DNA of 46,152 bases, from positions 1-46,152 of the forward strand of contig JBDROH010000013.1 in NCBI GenBank assembly GCA_043810285.1, read 5' to 3'. Source of the DNA: an archaeon. GTDB taxonomy: Archaea > Nanobdellota > Nanobdellia > Pacearchaeales > GW2011-AR1. Made by a program: the position numbers and the translations under genes. Shown piece after piece: positions 37,224 through 46,011 of the stretch. The notes beneath the pieces were generated by a model, which worked only from the letters and a program-made list of their open reading frames with translations, searched no databases and was not told where the DNA came from. Within the stretch, counting starts at the first letter, position 1; every line of letters starts with the position of its first letter.

Positions 37224-38711
37224 TTAACTTCCGTCTTGTCCCTTAAATACATCCCTAAATTTTACCCTAGGCTCTTTACTAACTTCTTCATCAACTTTAT
37301 CGAAACCTTCACCTGGAGCCGAAGCCATCCCATGTGCCTTTTTATAAATATCATAAACAGTATATAATGTAGATCCTGCCGCACTAGCAGCCTCGGCTCG
37401 AACTGTTTGTTCAACAAAATTATCTTTTTTAATATCCTTAACATCACTAATTTCAGCCTTCTTTTCTTTCTCTGTATTTCCACCACCCGTAAATAAACCA
37501 AACAATGCCGCAAATGGATTAATATCTTCACTTTTCTCTACCTTGCTCTTTTCCAATTTCTTCTTCTCTTCATCATTCTTCAAAAAATAATCCAAATCTT
37601 CTTTCAATTCTTCAAGCGCTCCCTCCATAACATCTGCCGAAAAAGCCATACTATCTGCAATATCGTCGTTATCTAATTCCTTTCTAACCAAACTTAATTC
37701 TTCATCGTTCAAGGCATAAGAATCAAAAACCATATCAATTCTACCTCCCATCGCAAAACCGTAATCCCCTTTTTGCGTCATCCTCTGCGAAACATGCCCC
37801 CGATACTTTAACCCAATCACAATACACTGATTATAATTCCTCTTCAAATGATATCCCTTAAACTTTTCCGGAACCTTAACGGGCTTCTTTCCAAACAATT
37901 GCAACTCAAACATCGACGTAGAAAACGCATTAACCAACGCTGCATTCTTTTCAAAGCCTTTTTGTTTCAAATCTTCTGCTGCTTTCAAATAAGGTTTCAT
38001 CCAAGCCGAATACAACTTTATCGTCTCAACCTGCGACTTCAAATAACCCTTCTCAATATTAAAACGCTTTCGTAATTCTTTTTCCGAATAATTCATCCAC
38101 TTCAAATACTCGCTTATTCTAGGAACTAAAATTCTATAAACCTGATCGTTAATTAATCCACCCTCATCTTCATTATTCATCTTTTTCAAATCTTCCAAAG
38201 AATTCGCCATCATAAAAACCTCTCTTATGGTCGTGAAACCAAGCTCCGCTGCCATCTGATGAATAGAACCCCTCCCCCTCTTTAAATCAACATTATCCAA
38301 CCAAGTCTGTTTCAAAGCCAACATTCCAGCCTCTTTTTTAGCCTTATCCTCAGACAAAGCGTCATCGTAATGCGCCAACCTCATCTCAAACTCCTTCAAA
38401 TCATAAATCAAATTCAAAACAGACTTAACAACCTGATTCAATCCTCCAAGAATTTTCATCCCTTCCTCTTGCATCTTCGTCGCTTTCATATTCATCTCGG
38501 AAAATTGCCCAGACCCTGGACTTGCCGTAAAATTATCCACCAACTTTTCCATATTCCAACCCATATCCTGAATAAAATCCAACAACCAATAATAAATCGG
38601 CTCCAACTGCGCCTGTTGAGAATCGAAAGTTATTTTGTAAGATGCTACTGGTTCATTCCATTTTTTAGGAATAGTTTTAGTTATCACTTCTTTTATATCA
38701 CCCATAATCAT
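37224..38711 (-). CDS. Conserved hypothetical protein
   Basis: 495-aa ORF with backbone-like codon usage; no known motif recognised. Confidence 0.8.
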   Translation of the reverse strand: MIMGDIKEVITKTIPKKWNEPVASYKITFDSQQAQLEPIYYWLLDFIQDMGWNMEKLVDNFTASPGSGQFSEMNMKATKMQEEGMKILGGLNQVVKSVLNLIYDLKEFEMRLAHYDDALSEDKAKKEAGMLALKQTWLDNVDLKRGRGSIHQMAAELGFTTIREVFMMANSLEDLKKMNNEDEGGLINDQVYRILVPRISEYLKWMNYSEKELRKRFNIEKGYLKSQVETIKLYSAWMKPYLKAAEDLKQKGFEKNAALVNAFSTSMFELQLFGKKPVKVPEKFKGYHLKRNYNQCIVIGLKYRGHVSQRMTQKGDYGFAMGGRIDMVFDSYALNDEELSLVRKELDNDDIADSMAFSADVMEGALEELKEDLDYFLKNDEEKKKLEKSKVEKSEDINPFAALFGLFTGGGNTEKEKKAEISDVKDIKKDNFVEQTVRAEAASAAGSTLYTVYDIYKKAHGMASAPGEGFDKVDEEVSKEPRVKFRDVFKGQDGS

Positions 38712-38774
38712 TTACAGAATCAAGAATATATAAAGTTTAGCAAGACTTAAATAAACCACTCACTTATCAAGATT

Positions 38775-39152
38775 ATGATTTTCGGAAAGAAGAAAAGAAT
38801 GATTGATGTTAGGGAACTTCAAAGACGAGGCGTTGTGAGAATTCCTAGGCAAGAGAGAGTTATACCTACAGACTCAAGCGGATTCGTCGAACTCGGAACA
38901 AACTCTAAATCAACATCTTCGACATCGCCAACATCTTCAAACTCAAACTTCTTCAGTTTTATGGAGAATACTCCCTCGACAAAAGAAACCTTCGGCACAG
39001 AATCCGACGGCTACAATAAAAGAGAAGTAGATACAAAGATAACTGAACTTGATAATAAAATTTACAAACTCGAACAACGAACCGAACTTCTTGAAAAAAA
39101 ACTCGATGTCAATCAACCAAATAATTCTAATATTGGTTCTATGGGTTGGTAA
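38775..39152 (+). CDS. Hypothetical protein with C-terminal coiled coil
   Basis: Leaderless start after a TATA-like box; S/T-rich linker; heptad repeat. Confidence 0.7.
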   Translation: MIFGKKKRMIDVRELQRRGVVRIPRQERVIPTDSSGFVELGTNSKSTSSTSPTSSNSNFFSFMENTPSTKETFGTESDGYNKREVDTKITELDNKIYKLEQRTELLEKKLDVNQPNNSNIGSMGW

Positions 39153-39202
39153 TCTACATAGCAATCCAATATATTTAAAACTCTTAATACCTTCTAATTA
39201 AT

Positions 39203-40888
39203 ATGACTGAAATACCAAATGAAGTGATTGAAGCTCACGCTTTAGAAAATGCAATTAAGCACGAAGGCAAAGCAAATCAAGGTGCAGTTTTGGCAGGCCT
39301 CTTTGCAGAGGGATTAGAAAAATCAGAAGTAAAAGATACCATACCACTAATTCAAAAAGTTCTTCAAGAAGTAAACGCACTTTCTTTAGAAAAACAAAAA
39401 GAACAATTTTCTAAATTAGAATTTAAAACAAGCAAACGAAAGATTAGGGAAGGTTTACCTGAATTACCTAATGCGGAAAAAGGAAAGGTTGTGATGCGAT
39501 TCGCACCTTTTCCATCGGGACCGCTCCATCTTGGAAATGCACGAACAATGGTTCTCAACGACGAATATACAAAAATTTATGAAGGAAAATTAATATTAGT
39601 TATGGATGACACTATTGGTTCAGAAGCAAAACCAATCCAACCTGAGGCCTACAAATTAATTGAAGAAGGGGCAAAATGGCTCAATATCAATTATGAAAAA
39701 AATGTAATCTACAAATCCGACAGAATAGAAAAGTATTATGCTTATGCAGAAGAACTAATTAAAAAAAATTACATGTATGTCTGTGATTGCGAGAGAGAAA
39801 TAATGCACGACTTAAAAGTAAAGGGTATCGCATGTTCTTGTCGAGAATTCCCTCCAGAAATCCAAATCAAAAGATGGGAAAAAATGTTCAAAGCAAAAGA
39901 AGGTTCAATGTGCATAAGGCTAAAAACCAATATGCAAGATTCCGACCCGGCATTCCGTGATAGAATTATGTTTAGAATTTCAGACCGACCTCACGCAAAA
40001 CTAAAAAATAAGTATAGAGTATATCCTCTACTAGATTTCTCCTGGGCAATCGACGACCACGTCTTCGGTATCACCCACATTTTAAGGGGGATGGAATTAG
40101 CGATAGAAACACGAGTAGAGAAATTCATCTGGGACATTTTCAAATGGGAACATCCAGAAGTTATTTACAATGGACATTTTGCAATCGAAGGAGTTAAAAT
40201 CTCAAAATCAAAAGGTGCGCAAGAAGTTAAATCAAAAAATTATATTGGCTGGAACGATCCACGAACATGGTCATTACAATCTCTCCGAGATAGAGGAATC
40301 CAACCCGAAGCAGTCAGACAATTTATATTGAATACAGGAATTAAAAAAACAAATATTACAATTCCCGTCGACGTTCTCTATACCTTGAACAAAAAAATAC
40401 TCAACGAAGTTTCACGATATTTCTTTGTAGAAAATCCGACAAAAATAACAATCAAAGGTTGCCCTGAACTTACGGCCAAACTTCCTCGTCATCCAAACCA
40501 AAAAAACGGATACCGAATTTATCAAACAACACAAGAATTCCTAATCTCTGAACAAGACGCCGAACTTATGCAAGATGGAAATTATAGATTAATACATCTC
40601 CTTAATTTTAAATCAGATAAGATTGGGTTGAGACCTCGAGATTTTTCATTCCTCTCGGAAGAACCAGATAACAATATGAAAACCAAATTCATTCACTGGC
40701 TTCCACATTTACCTTATAATATCCAAGTAGAAGTAAGAATGCCTGACGGTTCTATCAAAAAAGGATTGGGAGAAGAAGAATTAGGAAAATTAAACATTGG
40801 AACTGTCATACAATTTGAAAGATTCGGTTTTGTAAAATTACATAAGAAAGATAAAGAGAAACTAGAATTTTGGTTTGCACACAACTAA
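39203..40888 (+). CDS. gltX: Glutamate--tRNA ligase (archaeal type)
   Basis: RFAPFPSGPLHLGN (HIGH), ITHILRG, KISKS (KMSKS), GWNDPR and QFERFGF. Confidence 0.97.
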   Translation: MTEIPNEVIEAHALENAIKHEGKANQGAVLAGLFAEGLEKSEVKDTIPLIQKVLQEVNALSLEKQKEQFSKLEFKTSKRKIREGLPELPNAEKGKVVMRFAPFPSGPLHLGNARTMVLNDEYTKIYEGKLILVMDDTIGSEAKPIQPEAYKLIEEGAKWLNINYEKNVIYKSDRIEKYYAYAEELIKKNYMYVCDCEREIMHDLKVKGIACSCREFPPEIQIKRWEKMFKAKEGSMCIRLKTNMQDSDPAFRDRIMFRISDRPHAKLKNKYRVYPLLDFSWAIDDHVFGITHILRGMELAIETRVEKFIWDIFKWEHPEVIYNGHFAIEGVKISKSKGAQEVKSKNYIGWNDPRTWSLQSLRDRGIQPEAVRQFILNTGIKKTNITIPVDVLYTLNKKILNEVSRYFFVENPTKITIKGCPELTAKLPRHPNQKNGYRIYQTTQEFLISEQDAELMQDGNYRLIHLLNFKSDKIGLRPRDFSFLSEEPDNNMKTKFIHWLPHLPYNIQVEVRMPDGSIKKGLGEEELGKLNIGTVIQFERFGFVKLHKKDKEKLEFWFAHN

Positions 40889-41274
40889 GTTTTTATCTCC
40901 CCCTTTCCAAAAGGAGTTCCATATTTCCAAATATTTTTAATCATTTCCTCATTTGACTTCAATCCCTTTCCCATTAGAACCATTACATTCCGTGCCTTCA
41001 AAATAGCATCGCAAACTTTCACACCCAACGGACACTCTTTCTCACATCCCTTACAAAGACAACATTCAAAAATTACATTATCCAAAATATTTTCTGACAA
41101 AATAATCGTCTTTCCCCTAGGAGAAACATGCTCTTCTCTCAAAACTCTAAAAACTGGACAAATACTTTTACATCTCCCACACTTAATACAAGGCTCCAAA
41201 ATCTCACTAACTTCTTCCATCAGATTGTCTGCCTCAATCTTATCTTGCTTTGTTGGTTTACCTTTCTCTCCCAT
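40885..41274 (-). CDS. 2x[4Fe-4S] dicluster protein
   Basis: CIKCGRCKSICP and CCLCKGCEKECP with SPRG in between; start uncertain. Confidence 0.85.
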   Translation of the reverse strand: MGEKGKPTKQDKIEADNLMEEVSEILEPCIKCGRCKSICPVFRVLREEHVSPRGKTIILSENILDNVIFECCLCKGCEKECPLGVKVCDAILKARNVMVLMGKGLKSNEEMIKNIWKYGTPFGKGEIKT

Positions 41275-41821
41275 TATATCCTCCAAAACATTTAACAATA
41301 TCTTGCTTTTTCAAAATCCAAAAACGAAACTCACCCTGTAACAACTCTCGAGAATAACCTTTCAAAACTGAAACTGTTAAAACTTCTTTCTTCGCCTTTT
41401 TTATTAATTGCATAACTGGAACAAAATCAGAATCCCCTGTAATCAAAATGCAACAATCACAGGAATTTTCCACCAAAGTTTTTCTCATCATATCTGTAGA
41501 AATCATCACATCAATCCCTTTCTCAACCCTAATCACCTTCCCACCAACTTTTATTTTTTTTAATTTTCGAGTTTTAACAGTTAAACCTTTTTGTTTCAAA
41601 CTCGCCAAAAAAACCATGTGCTTATAATAATTATCCTCTCCAAGTTCTATATCTGGCGTCGAATTATAATAACGAATCTCAATAACATTCAAATCAAAAT
41701 GCTCTGCAACCATACTCGCTAACTTCCGAAAATCAATCGCCCTAGGTTTTACAATAATCGACTTCACATTATGATACCAATTATTGCCATCAACGAACAC
41801 GATAGCCTTTTTTTTAACCAT
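41258..41821 (-). CDS. NYN (LabA/DUF88) domain nuclease
   Basis: VFVDGNN, YYN, EKGIDV and ITGDSDFVP; likely start ATG at 41821. Confidence 0.92.
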   Translation of the reverse strand: MVKKKAIVFVDGNNWYHNVKSIIVKPRAIDFRKLASMVAEHFDLNVIEIRYYNSTPDIELGEDNYYKHMVFLASLKQKGLTVKTRKLKKIKVGGKVIRVEKGIDVMISTDMMRKTLVENSCDCCILITGDSDFVPVMQLIKKAKKEVLTVSVLKGYSRELLQGEFRFWILKKQDIVKCFGGYNGRER

Positions 41822-41836
41822 TTTAGAAAATAAGAC

Positions 41837-41865
41837 TCCCGGCATTCCTTGCGTCATACCGGGGA
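41837..41865 (-). promoter_or_regulatory. GC-rich hairpin in the 5' leader of the NYN gene
   Basis: Minus strand CCCGGTAT-GACGCAAGGA-ATGCCGGG lies between the TATA box (41891-41900) and the ATG. Confidence 0.55.
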
Positions 41866-41914
41866 TGTAATACTTATTTTAATCCTCCAATATATTTAAA
41901 CCTTTCCATTATAA

Positions 41915-41940
41915 TACATTGTTAAGTTAAAGGGAGCTAT
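41915..41940 (+). repeat. Left terminal inverted repeat
   Basis: Exact reverse complement of 45976-46001. Confidence 0.95.
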
Positions 41941-41954
41941 CTAAATTAAAAAAA

Positions 41955-42098
41955 TTATTTCTTCTTCTTAGGTTTATTCCAGTAAGGAGATTTACATTTT
42001 GGACAGATGATTGGAGTTTCTTTTTTATTTCTTGGAATCCACTCGTGCTTACATCTCTCGCATTTGTAACCTCTTACTTTAATTTCTATTTCTGCCAT
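41955..42098 (-). CDS. 47-aa zinc-ribbon protein (not in ORF track)
   Basis: MAEIEIKVRGYKCERCKHEWIPRNKKETPIICPKCKSPYWNKPKKKK; TATA box about 22 nt upstream. Confidence 0.85.
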   Translation of the reverse strand: MAEIEIKVRGYKCERCKHEWIPRNKKETPIICPKCKSPYWNKPKKKK

Positions 42099-42129
42099 AT
42101 TATATTTAAGAAACTATACTTTATAAATG

Positions 42130-42208
42130 TTACCTATTGAGGTTATACTTAGAAACGAAAGGTTTATATAGTCTTTATTACTTAGATAGGTATAACCTTA
42201 CAAGGTAA
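42130..42208. promoter_or_regulatory. Divergent promoter region with paired operator-like sites
   Basis: TTACCT-n4-AGGTTATAC (42130-42148) and its inverted copy (42190-42208) flank GAAAGGTTTATATA (BRE/TATA). Confidence 0.6.
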
Positions 42209-42273
42209 TAATAAACACAAAAAGAAAACAAAGGGAGCTACGAACTCCCTCTTTTTGTATCCCACCGATTAAA

Positions 42274-43200
42274 ATGAAACACAATAATAAACAAGAAACC
42301 GAAGTTAAAAATGTTTGCTGTCCTAAATGCAACTCTAATAAAATAAAGAAAAGAGGATTTAGAAAGACAGAGAATAGAGGAAAGATACAGAGATACTTTT
42401 GTAATGAATGTAAGAAGGCTTTTGTTATTGATGACGGCTTTTATAGAATGAGAAATAACCCACAGAAAATAACTTGTGCTTTAGATTTATTTTATAGGGG
42501 TGTTTCTACTCGGAAAGTTCAAGAACACTTTAAGGCTTTCTTGCCACATAATTCTTCTAATGTTTCTATCTATAATTGGGTGGTTAAGTATTCTAAAATG
42601 ATAAGTGGATTTACTGACAACTTAAAAATTAATGGTGGCTCGGAAGTTCAATTAGACGAAATGGAATACCACCGAAGAATAAGCCACAAAACGAAAGGCG
42701 TTTCTAAAGATTGGTTTATTGATATTATTGATGTTAAAACTCGTTATATGGTTGGTTCTAAATATTTTAATTCAAGAGGACAAAACGAGCTAAAAGAAAT
42801 TATGAAGAAAGTTAAATATAAAACAGAAGGTCACATCACAACCATCACGACAGACGGCTACACGGCTTATGAGAAGATAATTAAGCAAACTTGGGGATAT
42901 AATAACAAAATAGGAAAACATAATATTTTTCATAATAAAAACATCGCTTCAAAAGGCGAAGGATTTAATATTTATGTTGAGAGAATGCACAACTCAATAA
43001 GAGAAAGAACGGTTACTTTTAGGGGCTTTCATGGTAAGATAGAATCGGCTCAAGCGATTATGAAAGGTTATGAGATATTTTATAATTTCATAAGAAAACA
43101 TCAAGCTATCGGAGTTTGCCCTTATGAAATTGCTACTGATTTAAAACTTGAGAATCCTAACAAGTGGTTGGAATTGATTGAGATGGCGAAAACCATCTAA
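42274..43200 (+). CDS. DDE transposase, IS6/IS240-like, with N-terminal zinc ribbon
   Basis: CPKC...QRYFCNEC, HTH STRKV...SIYNWV, LDEM, TDG..AY and N..VERMH..IRER...FRGF. Confidence 0.9.
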   Translation: MKHNNKQETEVKNVCCPKCNSNKIKKRGFRKTENRGKIQRYFCNECKKAFVIDDGFYRMRNNPQKITCALDLFYRGVSTRKVQEHFKAFLPHNSSNVSIYNWVVKYSKMISGFTDNLKINGGSEVQLDEMEYHRRISHKTKGVSKDWFIDIIDVKTRYMVGSKYFNSRGQNELKEIMKKVKYKTEGHITTITTDGYTAYEKIIKQTWGYNNKIGKHNIFHNKNIASKGEGFNIYVERMHNSIRERTVTFRGFHGKIESAQAIMKGYEIFYNFIRKHQAIGVCPYEIATDLKLENPNKWLELIEMAKTI

Positions 43201-43262
43201 TCTATTTTTTATATTTATTTGAAGGTAGTTAATCTTTTATAATGTGTTTTCTTGATATTTTT

Positions 43263-43511
43263 ATGGTTACATTACTAAAAGAGGCAGAAACAATACTTAG
43301 AAAAAATAAAAAGTCAATGACTGCAAAACAGATATATTCTGAAATAATGAAACGAGGAAAAATAACCTTCAAATCTGCTACACCTATTTCTTCTCTAAGT
43401 TCAAGATTATATTTAGATATAATGAAAAATAAAAACAAATCAAAATTTATTAAAGAGGATAAACTATCAAGTGTTTATAAAAGAGAGAGACATTATTCAC
43501 TTAGAAATTAA
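43263..43511 (+). CDS. HARE-HTH (winged helix) domain protein
   Basis: AETILR....MTAKQI...I...G......TP..SL.SRLY.DI...S.F; leaderless ATG 43263 after TTTTATAA. Confidence 0.8.
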   Translation: MVTLLKEAETILRKNKKSMTAKQIYSEIMKRGKITFKSATPISSLSSRLYLDIMKNKNKSKFIKEDKLSSVYKRERHYSLRN

Positions 43512-43512
43512 A

Positions 43513-45903
43513 TTATAAATACTTTGAGTAACTTAATCCTTTGATGTAGTCTTCAATCCAATCCCAATCTACTTCCCCATCTTTAAATGGTAATTTTATT
43601 TCTGTATCTCTTATTCTATCTTGATTAAATTTTCTACCATAAGAATATCTATATTGTTCTTTATTTATTATGGTTGCTAAAAATAAAGCTCTATAAACAT
43701 TCATCTCAATCTTAGGAACTAGCTTTTCTACATGGTCAGAAGCAGTAAAATTAAATGGTTGATATGAGCAAAAACCTACAACTGCACTATCAATAGTTAA
43801 AATATTTCCTTCATCTGTGAAAGTATCATACCAATCCCTAATTCCGTTATTACTTGTCTGTGTAGTAACATAGGGATATTTTAATTCTTCTGATTTATTG
43901 TTATCATCAAGTATTTTTTTATCTGTCGTTTTTGAGCCACCAACGACAAATAAACCATTCGGATTATCCACTTCATTAAATCCAATTTTTACTTTTTTCC
44001 ACTTATCAAAATCTATGTTTAATTTTTTAGAGTTTAAACTTTCACTTGAAACCTTATCTTTTAATTTATTAGAATATAAAAAAGTAGAATAATCCAATAA
44101 TGTTTTTTCAAAATCTTCATCTTTCAAATCTTTAAATTTTGTTTTAATATATGGTTCAACTAACCATTCATCACTTCCACTAACATTTTTCAATACAGAA
44201 AATCCCTCTATTTCTTTCTTCCCAAAATAACTATCCAACCATAACCCCTTTATTTTTTCTTGGTAGAGATGCCTATAATCAATTCTGCCATAAGGTCTAA
44301 CTTTAATATAACCATCATCTTTCCAGTATCCAAACAATGTTTTAGTATTATCTGTATGGGATTTATGTGCTTCAAAAACCATAATACAAGTAACTGCACT
44401 TTTTTCACTATCATCAAAAAGTTTATCGGGAACACTCATAACCGCCTTTAATGTATGGTGCTTTAGTATTCTGTCCTTAACGTTTTCATTTCCCTTTTTT
44501 GTATTCATTGCACAAGATTGAGGAACAATAGCGATACAAGTTCCATGAGGTTCTAAAAAGCTTAAAGCATTCCAAACAAATTCTAATTCTTTATGTCCGT
44601 TGTCTTTTGAATATGGCGGATTCAAAAAAGCTACTGTTGGTTTTAAGTTTTCTATATTTTCCTTTGGCATTTGAAAACAACTTTGTTGAGTTATATTTGA
44701 TTTCCCATCTCCTCTTAACATCATATTTGAACAAGCAAGACAAAACATAGCAGAATTATTTTCAATACCTATTAATTGTTTTGTATGAATTTCTTTTATT
44801 TTCTTTTTATCTCCTTTTGCTAAGTCTTCCATTTTTTTCATAGAACTAATTAAAAATCCAGCCGTTCCACAACAATTATCAATAACAACGCTATCTTTTC
44901 CTACTTCTCCTAATTCAACAAATAGTTCCGTTATGTGTTTTGGAGTTAAAACAATTCCCAAACCCCCATCACCATTCGCATATCTTAAAAATTCATTATA
45001 GAAAATTCCGATAACATCATATTGTTTATAATCTTGTAAAAATGGCTTTACATTTCTTTCAATTTCTTTTATTAAATCTTTTAAGCTTGTATTTGGCTTT
45101 CCTTTCTCGTTAAAATCGTTTATTATCTGCGTATTGTTTTTCAAAAAACCATAAGTGCTAACTATAGTATTTTGTTTTATACCTTTAATATTATCTCTAT
45201 CTAATCTTTCTTTAATTGTGCTAATTATCAACTCGGCAATTTCAAGAGGTTTTTCTTTTGTAGGATAAGATAAACAAAAACCTCTATCCTCAAGAGCCAA
45301 TAAAATACCACTAACAACTAAAGGTTTTAATTTGTCTTCAAACTCAAAATTATCTCTTAAATTTTGATTAAGAACTCTTGAATATTCCATTAATCTATGA
45401 AAATCAAATTTTTCTTTTATCTTATCTTTTTTCAATAATTCAAAATAACTTTCAAAATCATAAATTTCTTTTATATTTAAATCTCTTGCCTTTTTCTCTC
45501 CCTTAACTTGTAAAAAATTATCAATTAAAAGTTCTTTTTGCGTTTCCCCAGAAGCCCCTATTGAGATGACATTAAATTCTTTGGAGAGATATGAAGAATA
45601 TAATAAAGCCCCATCTACAGCATAATCCCTATAATTTTTCATAGTTTTACTTTTATGTTTTTTTAAATCAGCTTTACACTCAATAACAATCAATATATCA
45701 CTATTTGGAAAACTAATTATAAATTCGGGATAACCAGCACCATCCCCTCTTTTCGAAGCAGTTTTTAGAAGTTTATCTATTGTAGGATTATCAGATTTCT
45801 TTTCTTCAATTATAACAAAATTATTATCTTCGTCCTCAAAATCTTCCTTATATTTTTCTAAAATCTTCCTTACAATAATTTCCGTCTTTGCCTCATTAAC
45901 CAT
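43513..45903 (-). CDS. Fused restriction endonuclease / N6-adenine methyltransferase / specificity domain (BcgI-like, type IIB/IIG)
   Basis: GYPEF...IECK nuclease motif, LTPKHI, DNCCGTAGFL (motif I), LNPPY (motif IV); C-terminal HsdS-like TRD (PYVT...NNG...YQP...RYSYGRK...LP...DW). Confidence 0.9.
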   Translation of the reverse strand: MVNEAKTEIIVRKILEKYKEDFEDEDNNFVIIEEKKSDNPTIDKLLKTASKRGDGAGYPEFIISFPNSDILIVIECKADLKKHKSKTMKNYRDYAVDGALLYSSYLSKEFNVISIGASGETQKELLIDNFLQVKGEKKARDLNIKEIYDFESYFELLKKDKIKEKFDFHRLMEYSRVLNQNLRDNFEFEDKLKPLVVSGILLALEDRGFCLSYPTKEKPLEIAELIISTIKERLDRDNIKGIKQNTIVSTYGFLKNNTQIINDFNEKGKPNTSLKDLIKEIERNVKPFLQDYKQYDVIGIFYNEFLRYANGDGGLGIVLTPKHITELFVELGEVGKDSVVIDNCCGTAGFLISSMKKMEDLAKGDKKKIKEIHTKQLIGIENNSAMFCLACSNMMLRGDGKSNITQQSCFQMPKENIENLKPTVAFLNPPYSKDNGHKELEFVWNALSFLEPHGTCIAIVPQSCAMNTKKGNENVKDRILKHHTLKAVMSVPDKLFDDSEKSAVTCIMVFEAHKSHTDNTKTLFGYWKDDGYIKVRPYGRIDYRHLYQEKIKGLWLDSYFGKKEIEGFSVLKNVSGSDEWLVEPYIKTKFKDLKDEDFEKTLLDYSTFLYSNKLKDKVSSESLNSKKLNIDFDKWKKVKIGFNEVDNPNGLFVVGGSKTTDKKILDDNNKSEELKYPYVTTQTSNNGIRDWYDTFTDEGNILTIDSAVVGFCSYQPFNFTASDHVEKLVPKIEMNVYRALFLATIINKEQYRYSYGRKFNQDRIRDTEIKLPFKDGEVDWDWIEDYIKGLSYSKYL

Positions 45904-45975
45904 ATTAGATATATGGGACGGGCGTTCTTAAACCTTTGTTTTAACTGGATAGGAATAGCATTCCTATAATATCAA

Positions 45976-46001
45976 ATAGCTCCCTTTAACTTAACAATGT
46001 A
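45976..46001 (-). repeat. Right terminal inverted repeat
   Basis: ATAGCTCCCTTTAACTTAACAATGTA. Confidence 0.95.
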
Positions 46002-46011
46002 CCATTATAAC

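Larger units (their letters stand above)
41915..46001. mobile_element. Cargo-carrying transposon with IS6-like DDE transposase
   Basis: Perfect 26-bp terminal inverted repeats TACATTGTTAAGTTAAAGGGAGCTAT (41915-41940 and 45976-46001); direct repeat CCATTATAA on both sides (41906-41914 and 46002-46010). Confidence 0.93.
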
